A stretch of DNA of 64,000 nt. Origin: Adineta vaga (taxonomy: Eukaryota; Animalia; Rotifera). Under the pieces are notes generated by a model. That model saw only the letters and a list, made by a program, of their open reading frames with translations, was not told the DNA's origin and did not search any database. The stretch covers positions 7,440,001 to 7,504,000 of the forward strand of contig CP075493.1 in assembly GCA_021613535.1 (NCBI GenBank), given 5' to 3'. Below, one piece after another: positions 1 through 12,322 of this stretch; position 1 is the first letter of the stretch; every line of letters starts with the position of its first letter. The position numbers were made by a program, and so were the translations under genes.

Positions 1-2483
1 AGCTATTGTTCAAGCAAAATCCATTGGCATTGATCCACTTCTCGGACAAGTAAAAGAATTGTAAACTTGAATTATTTTTATTTTTATTTTCATTTTTTTT
101 AGTCTGTTATTTATGGTGAAGATTCATGTTCAATTAACGTTGTCCAAATTCATTCAATTCGTCTTCATACACCAACAACTGAACTTCTTCCCAATAAATT
201 TGTTCCATTAACTGTTCTTTCTTATGATCATCGAAAAAGACCAATTGTCGTTACCGATGTTTTTCTTCATTCATTGATATTTACATGGTCTTTATCAAAT
301 ACTTATCTTGCACAATTTCGTCCAATTATTGGTAATTTATCTTCCTATACGCGAACATTTGTTACCAATATTGAAACATTACGAACTGGTCATGTGAATG
401 TTGATGTTCGTTTAACAACGAATTCAAAAACATTAAATAAATTATTCTTTAAAAGTTCACATGAATTAACAAACTCAATCGAATTAAATATTCTTGAACC
501 ATTCTATCTAAATCATTTCGATGAAACACGAACCGTTTTATTAGGACCAAATTCTCGTTTGAATTTATATCATATACCAAATGATATCTCATTAGAATTA
601 TCATCAACATCGAAAAATATTCAATACGATTCAGATACGAAAACATTATTAACAGATCAACATTCCTATGGTGAAGCAATTTTATATATGAAATATCGTG
701 GAATAAAACAAGATAAGAAGAGTATTAGTTCATCAATTGTTGGCGCTTATTTAGTACAAGTTAAACCAATACATTATATACTTTTACAAAGTTATTTACC
801 ACATGAAACTTCGGCATTATTTTCTTCAATACCGGTAGATTATAAACTTCCATTAACTATTTCGTATCATGATGAATTAGGAAGAAGGTAAGATTTATTT
901 TCTTAAAAAAATATACGAATGTTTTGTTTTTCTCGTTGATTTTAGATTTGATGCAACATCGATTCTTCTTCAAACATTTTCTTATCGCAATGATATGATT
1001 TCATCGAATTTAAATAATACTCAACTCTATGAAATAGTTTCATTAAAGAATGGTTCAAATATACTGGTTTTTGATGGAGGTTTCGAACATTTACGTGCTT
1101 ATTTACCGATACAATCGAATAGTGGTTTTCTTTTACCAAAAACATCGATATCTCCATTGAAACAAACATATTTTATAAATGATATTGTTTGTTTTGAATC
1201 AAATTTAAATAATGATGAAACAAATCGTGATCGATGGACTGGTGATGATGGTATGTATGTCGATTCGAAATATGGTATTGGACAAATGATTATGGATGGT
1301 GAACGTCATTTACATTTGAAAATTGATGGACAAACAATAACAAGTGAACGATTTCATGTTCAAATACCTAATGAAATTAAATTATACAAAGGAACAAATG
1401 ATTTCCTATATGATGGAGAAGAAGGTATGTAATGAAAGAGAAGTTTTATTCAAACAATTTTCTCGTATATTCTTTAGGTAAAGTATATTCCTATCCGGTC
1501 ATTTTTGGTGCTAGTTCGACAACGAATCTACACGGTTCTTGTCATCGTGAAGGACTTGAACATGCACAATCAATTCGTACACTTCGACCAACATATGAAT
1601 GTCATCTTGATTTTATTAACAACACTTCGAAACATCCGAAAGCTTCAGGATTATTCAAAACTCAAGCTATATTCGATCTTGATCTAATGAGTTGGGCATG
1701 TCAAATTATTAGTAAATCTTCTCATGATTCAAGTATTTATGATGATTCATTACGATTAATTGTTCAAACACCATATCAAATAACATCCAATGAATTAATT
1801 ATACCTTATCAACCAAGATTTAAATTATCTTCAACATCATCCATCTATCTTTCAGAAGAACATCCATTTAATTCTATACATATATCAACATTACCAAACA
1901 ATGAAAAATATCTCAAATTAGAATCATCGGATCCGTCAATAGTTCGTGTTAAAAGAATACGACTGATCCATTTTTATACGATATTGAATTACGTCATGGT
2001 GCAAAAACGAATAATCAAGATCAAATTTATATTGATATTAAAAATACATTAACCGGACAGACACAACGTATACCAATTAAAGTTCAAAAACGATTTATTG
2101 ATAATCCAATTGGCCGTATTTTAGCAAGTCTTTTACTATGTGCATCATTAGCATTGATTGTGTATGGTTTAGCTAATCGTAAACCTTCGATAGCAAAGAT
2201 CCCTCCCATAATAACTAAACCAGTTTCATCATCAACACCACGTGTTTTACATTCACCTCCAACACCAAAACGACACCTACTTTTTGATGAGCATCATTCA
2301 TCTCCATTTGATACACCAACAACGATGCAACATCATGATCAACCAGTAGTAAGACTCTATTCAGCACAAGATGTACGTTCTCGATCTATAGCAAATACAC
2401 CACGATCAGCAATTAGTAATATGACATTGCCAATGACAGATGATCGAGATCTTCTATTACGTTATCAAAGACTGCATGAATAA
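1..2483 (+). CDS. NUP210: Nuclear pore membrane glycoprotein 210 (gp210), C-terminal part; multi-exon, 5'-truncated by the window edge
   Basis: Spliced translation includes SVIYGEDSCSINVVQIHSIRLHTP, LTISYHDELGRRFD and NTLTGQTQRIPIKV, then one TM helix (ILASLLLCASLALIVYGL) and an S/P-rich tail ending at TAA 2481-2483. This resembles the gp210 Ig-like lumenal region, TM and tail. Apparent 1-nt frameshift near 1951-1955. Confidence 0.75.
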
Positions 2484-3287
2484 AATATGGATCTGTTTGG
2501 TTTATCTCAGGGATCCACCGGTGTTCTCTGTTTTTCTTTGTGATAGAAGTGTTTTACTTTCGAAAAGAAAAAGAAGGCAAAACATTTGTATATTCATTCT
2601 CATATTTGTGTGTGTGTGTGTACTAGGTCAATTTTGTTTTGTGTATGTGCTTCTTTATTTCTTGTGTATTAATCTAGAAGAGTTGTTTTTCTTTTGTTCT
2701 CTTGTTGTGATTTATGAAAGCAAACAAAATGATTTCTTTTCTTTTTTCCTTCCTTTTTGAAATAGAAAATATATATTTGGAGATGATGCATTTCTCTCTA
2801 TTGCATACTTTGAAGAACTAACATCCTAAATTATAAAACTGTTCAATATTAATGTGATACACGTATATGATATTTGTAAAACTAAACTGATGATTGAATT
2901 TTTGTGACTGTAAATTACTTCTTGAGAACACTTATAAACTTTCAAGTTATCTAATCCATTTTTCAAGATCAAGTTCGCTGACATTGGAAACTTGAATAGA
3001 ATATTGTTTATAACACAATTAGCATGATGTATGTGATTTATATGGAATATGTATCACAATGCTTTTGACATATTCAAATTAGTTGTCAATAAAAATTGAA
3101 TCAATTATTCATTCGAATCTTGTTTTGATTAATTTCGATGATCTTTTGTTTTCAAGTTTGAATTCAATCTGTACTGGTTTGACTATGACATTTTCGAACA
3201 ATCATTTTTCGTTTTTTTAACACGAATACGTAGTCTATATATTCATTCAATTGAAACATACGAATGTCCTTTTCGTTCTAGATCATC

Positions 3288-6200
3288 ATGTATAGAAATA
3301 TTCCTTCCTTGTCCTATCTTTTATTCTTATTAATATATTCATCATTAGTCTATTGTCAACGTTCTCCACTAAAAGTTGAAAAAGATTCTGCTGTTTATGA
3401 ACTATTAAAACATTATCATCATTATGATGAATTAAAACAACTTCTGAATACATGGACAAATAGTTATACTAAACTCACACAATTATTTAGTGTCGGTACA
3501 ACTAACAAAGGAAGAGAATTATTCGTCATGCGTTTAACGTCACCGACAACAACGATCAATGATGATGAACATGATGAATTTCAATTATTAAAACCAAAAT
3601 TTAAATGGATAGCAAATATGCATGGTGATGAAACTATTGGAAGAGAAATGATGATTGCTTTAATATATTATTTATTATTAAATTCAAAATCTGATTCACG
3701 AATTAATCGTTTATTATCAACAACAGATATTTATATTATGCCCAGTATGAATCCGGTAGATTGATTACAGAAGATCTTTTCAAGAAATGAAATATAATTG
3801 TTTGATCTTTTCTTTCGAAATATTATTTTAGGATGGTTTTGAACAAGCTGTCGAAGGTAGTTGTGACGGTCAGGCGCCAAGTGGTCGAGAAAATTCTCTT
3901 AATATTGATCTTAATCGAGATTTTCCATCTCCTTATCAATCATTAAAATCAATGACAAATGGTACAAGAGGTGATCTTTTCTATGGTCGACAACAAGAAA
4001 CTATTGCTGTAATGAAATGGATATTAAAAGAAAATTTTGTTCTAAGTGCAAATTTACATGGTGGTTCTCTCGTTGCTTCTTATCCCTATGATGAAACACG
4101 TACTCATCAATCCATCTATGCAGAATCACCTGATGATGACTTATTTCGTTTTCTCGCACATACCTATGCCGAAAAACATTCCACAATGAATAAACGTGAA
4201 TTCAAAACTAATTTATTTAACCTTAAATATGCCGAATTTTGTTTTCTTTTTAATCAGGTGTTGAATGTGGCGAACAGTTTACTGATGGAATAACCAATGG
4301 TGCTAATTGGTATGATGTTTCAGGTGGTATGCAAGATTTTAATTACTTGCATAGTAATACATTTGAAATTACATTGGAATTAAGTTGTTGTAAATATCCA
4401 TCATCCAACGATGGTCTTCTACAAAAAGAATGGGATAAGAATAAAGAAGCACTTTTAACTTATATGGAAATGGTAAATATTCATCGAAAATTAAAATGAA
4501 AGTAAAGATATAACATTGCTTAACTATTTAGACTCATTTTGGTGTCAAAGGTTTCATTCGTGATACTCTTACAAGAACAGGAATATCTGGTGCATTGATC
4601 CAAATTCAAGGTATTCTTCATCCAGTTCGTAGTGTTACATCAGGTGCATATTGGCGTTTATTATTACCTGGCTCATATAATATAACAGTTACAGCATCTG
4701 GATATATAGCTCAAACAAAACATAATATAAATATTATTAATGAAAATTCAACAAATGTAAGAAGAATGAGAGATGATTGATAAAATTTCATTTAAATATT
4801 TCTAGGCACTTCGTCTTGATTTTGATCTTCAACCAAGTACACAAGATATGCCCATATCAGCTGAAAATATATCTGCAATAAATAGTATTTATGATACATT
4901 ATCAAATTATGCTAAACAATTAACAAGCGATTCTCGTGATGAATTACTTAGAACGTTACTCGAACCTACGGTGAATTTTCAATATCATATTTATGATTCT
5001 CTAGTAACAAAATTAAAAGAGTTAAATGCAAAATATCCAAATATCACGACACTATATACGATTGGACAAAGTGTAGAAAAACGTAATCTATGGGTCATGA
5101 TTATTAGTGATCATCCACTTATTCATGAAGCAGGTGAACCTGAAGTTCGATATGTTGGAAACGTACATGGTGATGAAACTGTCGGACGTGAATGTTTACT
5201 TCTATTGATTGAATATTTATGTATTAATTATCAAAAAAATGATTATATTACTAAACTTATTGATAATGTAAGTGAATATTTCAGTGATCAATCATTGATA
5301 TAGAAAATCTCTTGTGGTTTTTTTTCTCTCTGTATAGGTTCGTATACATATTCTTCCAACATTGAATCCGGATGGTTTTGAATATGATTATAAACAAGCG
5401 AAACATGCCGAAGGCAAAGGTCGTTTGAATTCACATGATGTTGATTTAAATCGAAATTTTCCGCGAATCGAACTCGAACAATCATTGAAAGCAGATGTTG
5501 CTAAACCAAAAACAGAATTTAGTAATAATCAAAATCGTTTGGATAAATTTTCTACGGGAAAATATTTATTAGAACCAGAAGTTCATGCTGCAATACATTG
5601 GTCACTTATTTATCCATTTGTTCTTTCGGGAAATTTACATGGCGGTGCACTTGTTGCTAATTATCCATTCGATAGTAGAATTAAAGATTCAACTAGACAA
5701 GAAAGTAAATCACCAGATGATTCAACATTTGTCATGTTATCCAAATCTTATTCACAAGCACATCGACAAATGTTTAAAGATCAATCGTGTATACAATTTC
5801 ACGATGGAATAACCAATGGTGCTGCATGGTATGTAATCGAAGGTGGAATGCAAGATTGGTCATATGTGTATACATCGAATATGGAAATAACAATTGAAGT
5901 TGGTTGTGAAAAATATCCGAAAGAAAATGAATTAGAAATTTATTGGAATGACAATAAAGGAGCTTTATTAGCATTTATGACACAAGTAATTTACAAAGAA
6001 ATGAAATACATTGTTTTTAGCTTTTCTTTTTTTTTGCTTTTAGGTTGTCCATGGTATTCGTGGTTTTGTCTTCGATATTAAAACACAAACAGCAATATCA
6101 GGTGCATCGATTTATGTTCATGGTATTGAACATAATGTTAGTAGTTATCGAGATGGTGATTTCTTTCGCATCCTATCACCGGGAATATATGATATAACAG

Positions 6201-6779
6201 CTGAGCGTAATGGGTATGTTCGAAGATATATTCTCTTTTAAAATTCTATGTTTTCTAATTAGATATATATCAGAAACAAAAAGAAATATTCTCGTAACGA
6301 ATCAATCTTCAACTTATATTGAATTTAAATTAAAACCGAAATATTCTTCTGATGTTGAAACTTCGGATAAGAATTCGTCAAAACTTGAAAAGATTTATAA
6401 TAAATCAAAAGAATTTGTCTTACATCGAACATTATTTTTGATCATTGTTGGTATCCTTGGTTTGTATATCAAATGTTTTATCTCAATAAAAGAAAAGAAA
6501 TTTGATTGTTTTTTTTTGTTTTCTTCAGCATTAACTTTTGCTATGATCTTTGGAGTTATTGTTTTGTATTTACGTGGTCGTTCTTATTCAATTATATCAT
6601 CTCAATCACGTGTCGGTTTTCAACGATACGAACCTATTCCTCAAGATGAAAACGATACATTCACTATGTCTCGAAATAATAGACATAAAACTATACGAAA
6701 TACTCATGCATTACCAAGTGATTCCGAAGAAGATGAAACATTATTTTCTCCCGAAACACAACGAGCAATATTCGCTTAA
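3288..6779 (+). CDS. CPD: Carboxypeptidase D (M14B): signal peptide, two carboxypeptidase domains with transthyretin-like subdomains, TM helix, cytosolic tail
   Basis: Both domains have HGDE, DLNR(D/N)FP, NLHGG, GITNGAxWYxxxGGMQD and EITxE motifs. [26 protein letters not shown]; acidic tail [10 protein letters not shown]. Introns about 55-75 nt. Confidence 0.93.
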
Positions 6780-7748
6780 ACTTCTGACTCCTCATTATAT
6801 ATTCTCTATAATCATGTCTTTCAATTATTTTCTCAAAATTTCTTTTATTTCATTTTTAGTAATCTGAATCTCATTTTTACTAACAGTAACTTTTACTAAT
6901 ATTTTTCTAATTTTTATTAATCAATTTAATTCAAAAAATAAAACATATACTTTGACGCATATTTTTAAGTGAAATACTATTCAATTCTTAACATTCGTTT
7001 TTCTACACGTATTTTTAGTCATGCAAAGCTATGTTGAAAGTATGTTGGAAGATGAGAGAAAAGAATCACGTATTGTTATTCTATAGATCAGATTTTTTTG
7101 CATCCTCACGTTATGTAAAGCTGCTTTGAATATCGCTACAAACGAGTACAATATTATTATAAATCCTTGTGTACATGAACAGCGTTTATATTAATTATTC
7201 GGTAAATTTGTATGACAAGCCGCTAAGAACATCGTAGTATCAATGATTTTGATGGTTTTTATTTCAATAAATGAACACAGATAGAACCCTTAATATATTC
7301 CTTATTTCAATGAAGTACAATCTGTTGTTTCTTTTTCATTAAAAAAACCAACCTATGCAGTATCTTTATCGAGAGAAATTTTCTCGAATCTTGTATACGT
7401 GACAGATACCACTATGTTATTAACAGATTGTTTTAAGTACAAAGCAATGAATTGTAGAACGAAAAGCATTTTTAGGATTGTATTTTAATCATAACTGATC
7501 ATACTGTTTTTTCTTTCATAATTTTGTGTAGGCATCTTATCCAAAAATGATTTATATTTGTTTTTATTTATTATTTTGAAAAGATTATTTATGATAGTCT
7601 ATGAATACGTCACAATGTATGCAGAAATGATTATAAAATAGGACGAGTCTATTATCAGTGCTATACATCAATAAACAAAATATTTTCTATATAGATATAT
7701 GCTCTTCTATACAATTACTTCAAAACGAATTGGAGAAATTAAATTGAT

Positions 7749-8847
7749 ATGTCCGAATCTTTTTCTCAACAACGAATTATGTATACATTAGAAAAAACTG
7801 ACAATAAAAATAAAAAAGAGAATGGAACCGTTTCACTTTCTTTTAATGGTCATGAAAGCATCGAAGATTACGAAACAGAAAAGACATCTACATCATTATC
7901 AATGACAAATGGTGATCAATTACATCGATCTACTCGAAATCGTCGAGCAAGCGTATATGATGATAATGCTCTTCGTGAAAATGATACGGATTTTATTCAT
8001 AGTGAACGATTGACATCATTGACTTCATCTTATAAAGATATATTAGTTAGTATTGGTGAAGATCCGTTACGAGAAGGTACAGATTTGATTAGATATTCAA
8101 TTCTTTTCCTAGATTTCATTCTTAGGTTTATTGAAAACACCAAAACGTGCTGCTGAAGCAATGTTATTTTTCACAAAAGGTTACGAGCAATCTATCAGCG
8201 AAGTCGTCAATGATGCTATTTTCGAAGAAGATTGTGAAGATATGGTTATTGTGAAAGATATTGATATATTTTCATTATGTGAACATCATTTGTATGCATT
8301 TTAAAAGAAGAAAAAAAAATTTCATTTAGTCTAACGTTGATTGTTTTTCTTTCTTTCAGAGTACCCTTCTTTGGAAAAGTAGCTGTTGGTTATCTTCCTA
8401 AAGATAAAGTTATTGGATTAAGTAAAATTGCTAGGCAAGAAAAGACTTTCGTTTTTTATTCTATTCTATTCTATATATTATCGATTACTTTAAAAGGATT
8501 GTTGAAGTATACAGTCGTCGTCTTCAAGGTAAAATAATTATAATTTATTATAAAGATGATTATTTTGTTATTTTCTCATAGTTCAAGAACGTTTAACTCG
8601 ACAAATAGCTGAAGCTATTCAAGAAGCACTTAATCCACGAGGTGTAGCTGTTATTGTTGAGTGTGTGTAAGTAGAAGATAGGTTAATTTGTAATCTAGAA
8701 TTCAAGTCATTTACTTGCAGTCATATGTGTATGGTTATGCGTGGTGCTCAAAAAGTTAATTCACGTACAACAACATCTTCAATGCTTGGCGTTTTTCGTA
8801 GTGATCAAAAAACACGCGAAGAATTTTTGTCACTTGCAAAAATTTGA
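7749..8847 (+). CDS. GCH1: GTP cyclohydrolase I
   Basis: Spliced: [20 protein letters not shown]...[21 protein letters not shown]...[23 protein letters not shown]...HMCMVMRG...EEFLSLAKI*. One intron (8435-8496) is GC-AG. Confidence 0.96.
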
Positions 8848-9914
8848 AAGTTTTATTTAATATAGTAATAAAACGACAAAAGACCAATGCGCTTTTTTTA
8901 TTGACGATCGTTAACATGTCATTTTTCGCTGATTCACGTTGTTTTAATGACTTCAATATGCAAACAATGATTGTACTAGTTTGAAACGATCGGTTTCGAT
9001 TAATCTTGTCAGGACTATGAATGAGTAGACAGTTTAACAAGGAAGAAACACTAAATATAAGCACGGTTACTCCTACTCACAATGAATAAACATGTTTATC
9101 TTTGGAAAAAAACAACTTATAAACGATATTTATACCAATAGCAATTGAATCTAATACATAGACGCATTTTATCTGCAAAAAGATTTTTTTCTAATTGTGA
9201 AATGTCTTGATAAATAGGAGTCAATAATCTACATTTTTTTCTTTTTTCTTTTAAATTATGACGAAAATGATTCATCAATAGATATAATAACAAATACTTC
9301 TATACAGATATTAAATATCCTAAGAAACATATTCTTTTTAGGGATCGTTATTCGATCTACTGATGATTTGTTTAAATTCGAAAGCAAGAGAAAGCTATAT
9401 AGAAATTGTATGGGATCAGGTATTCCTGTAGTGATGAATTATGGCTGCAATGAAAAAGAAATCCAACTTTGAATTTGTTCTTATATATCGTCTCGAAAAA
9501 GAAATAGCACGATAAAAATACACTGTCAGCAGATTTCTTTGATTTTTATGTCCTGTCGATGGTAATAAAATGCAATTTGCCTTTGTATTTTTCTTCTATC
9601 GCATATCTAATTTCTTCTTTTACATATTGACAAGTTTTCAAAAAAATCTATTGATAGAGATGATTCATATCTTTAATAACTTCTTTATAACACATATTGT
9701 ACGTTTGCTTAAAACCTGGATTACTAATTTTTGTTGTTCTTACCTCTTTTACATATATATACATAAAAGGGTAATGTTTTTTCTTTCTCTTTCTGCCATC
9801 GTTGTATAAATATCATCGATTCACCTGTCACAACGTCTAACTCGGGTTTTATATACAAGTGATATAACATCAGTATAATATTTCTTTGCAAATCGTTGAT
9901 TAATAACAACTAAT

Positions 9915-10893
9915 ATGGGTAACAAAGGAGCAAAAAAAAGTGGATCAACTGAATTAACAACAAAACGTTTGTATTCAATTGATTGAATTCCATATGAATA
10001 TTCAATTGTTTTCTTATTAAATTGTAGAAATTGCTATGCTTCGAGCCAATACAAAATATAGCGAACGAGGTAAGTAAAATTATTGTTTTGTAATACAATA
10101 TTTTATTGATTATTTTTGCTTATCGATAGAAATTCGTGAATGGCATGCGGTTAGTTGATTTAAAATAGAAACAATATGTAGACATTTTCCAATGAATGTA
10201 TTTCAGGGTTTTCTTCGTGATTGTCCTAATGGTCGACTTGATAAGAAGAAATTTATTGAAGTCTACAAACAATTCTATCCTCAAGGCAAAGCAGATAATT
10301 TCTGCAAGTAAGATTTCAATGGACTGAAATTTTCGAACCTTGCCTTTTATCATATTTTAGACTTGCATTTGATACATTCGATGCTAATGATGATGGTACA
10401 ATTGATTTTGATGAATTTCTTCTTGCTATTTCGGCAACAAGTCATGGCGATATTGATGATCGACTTTCAGTTGCATTTGATATGTAAGTTTTTTTTTCTT
10501 TGGAAATATGTTTCCCTATATGATTTTTATTACATTGATAGGTATGATATATCCGATGATGGATTTATTGATCAAAAGGAATTATCAAAAATGATTACAG
10601 CTATGGTAAGAATTTGTTTTTATGGGATAGAAGAAGACAATATTGTTGTGTTTAGTACGATCTTGTTGGTGAAACTGATCGTAAAGGTGATCGTGATCCA
10701 AAGAAACGTGCTACAGAAATTATTACAAAACTCGATGTTGGTGGTGATAAAAAATTAAACAAACAAGAATTTATTGCTGGGTAAGTCATGTCAGATTCGT
10801 TACTATATATATAATATAAACCTCTTTATTTCGCTTTTAATTAGATGCAAAAATGATCCTGTTATTCGTAAATTACTTGCACCAAATGCTTAA
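9915..10893 (+). CDS. Neuronal calcium sensor family EF-hand protein (NCS-2/hippocalcin-like), probably N-myristoylated
   Basis: Missed by the ORF track because the exons are short. Spliced: MGNKGAKKS...EIREWHAGFLRDCPNGRL...FDTFDANDDGTIDFDEF...YDISDDGFIDQKE...LDVGGDKKLNKQEFIAGCKNDPVIRKLLAPNA*. Confidence 0.92.
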
Positions 10894-12322
10894 AAATTCA
10901 ATGAACCTTACTGACATTTCTCATTTTTCATAAATATTGTAGTGAATTTCTTGTTTTTTTCATTTTCAAAATATTAACAAAACTAGAACACGTGTAACGA
11001 AATTGTCTAACTCAAAGAATTCAATAAACATTCTTTTTTCCATCTGAAAGCTTTCATATTTTGTTGATTCAATTCATTCGGATGAATTATACGAATTAAA
11101 AACTACTTAAGTTACATTCACTACTCCCACTCACATCTTTAAGTATCATATATATGCGTTTATCCACAATCCATCATAAAGAATCGAAAATATGTTGTTC
11201 TCCAATTGTAATACATTCATCAAATGAAGGATTATGTCGAAGAGAACTGATGATTGAACATAATCATCTCATTCCGCAATAGAGACTTTCAATTTTAAAT
11301 TTCATACTTGCATGTGAGATTGATTGTCATTGAATAAATATCATCGTTTCCATTAAAGATTTAATTATCTTTTAATGGTTCACAACTCGACCAACGACAT
11401 TCATATATAATTACAGATAAATAACTAATCGATTAAAAAAGAAATATAGATAGTGAAGAAAAAGAAAAAGCAATATGGAAAAGTAATAATCAGTCGATGC
11501 AGTTAGAATAAAGAACAAATTATATTAAAGAAAAGAAAAGAGACATGTGTTAAATAAGTTTAGCATACAAGATTTTATTAGACGAACTGTCGTCAATGGA
11601 ATAGAATCTCTTTCAGTATTAGGACATTTTCATCATGAGAGATTTACTATCGAATGAATAGAAACCTTTTCTTCACATTCTATTTGATTTCTTACCATTA
11701 TTTGTTGTAATAAAACAGCAAACATCAAGACAGTAAGCATGATTTGTCTACTTTGTCAAGGTCTAATGCTATTCCAATGACTAGAACGAAGGAATCGTTT
11801 TCTTTAGATAAAATTCATAGATTTGTCGTTGATGAGTGCTATGCAAATTCAACTGACACATCATGATGAAAGTATTCATCGAAAGTGTCAAATTCAGTTG
11901 ATAAATTATTTCCGTAACATTTCTTTCATCACGATGATCATTTTAATATTTCTTATACGAACATTTTCCATTGATTAATGTATCTTAGCTTCTTCACTTA
12001 TCTATTTCATTCTTTTCTTATACAAGATTAAAATTACTTTCAGAGAGACATTTTTTTGGAACAGTACTTCATATAATTCTCATTCTATTATACTGAATTT
12101 TTATTCATTCTGGTTAATATGAGATGCTATGGCAAAGACAAATAACATGTACACATACACAACTATATATATATATACAGGAAATTTGATAAACAAAAGC
12201 AACTAGATTATTGATGGCATTGTGATGTGTGTTTGTTAAGAGCATTTCTTTGATTTCTTATCTTTGTTCTATTCATTTTGTAGTCTGTCTATATTATGAA
12301 TAATAGTTACGATTGAATAATC

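Noticed and set aside
2506-2513. Perfect miR-125/lin-4 8-mer (CTCAGGGA) in the NUP210 3'UTR
   Set aside because: A single occurrence is compatible with chance in 64 kb.
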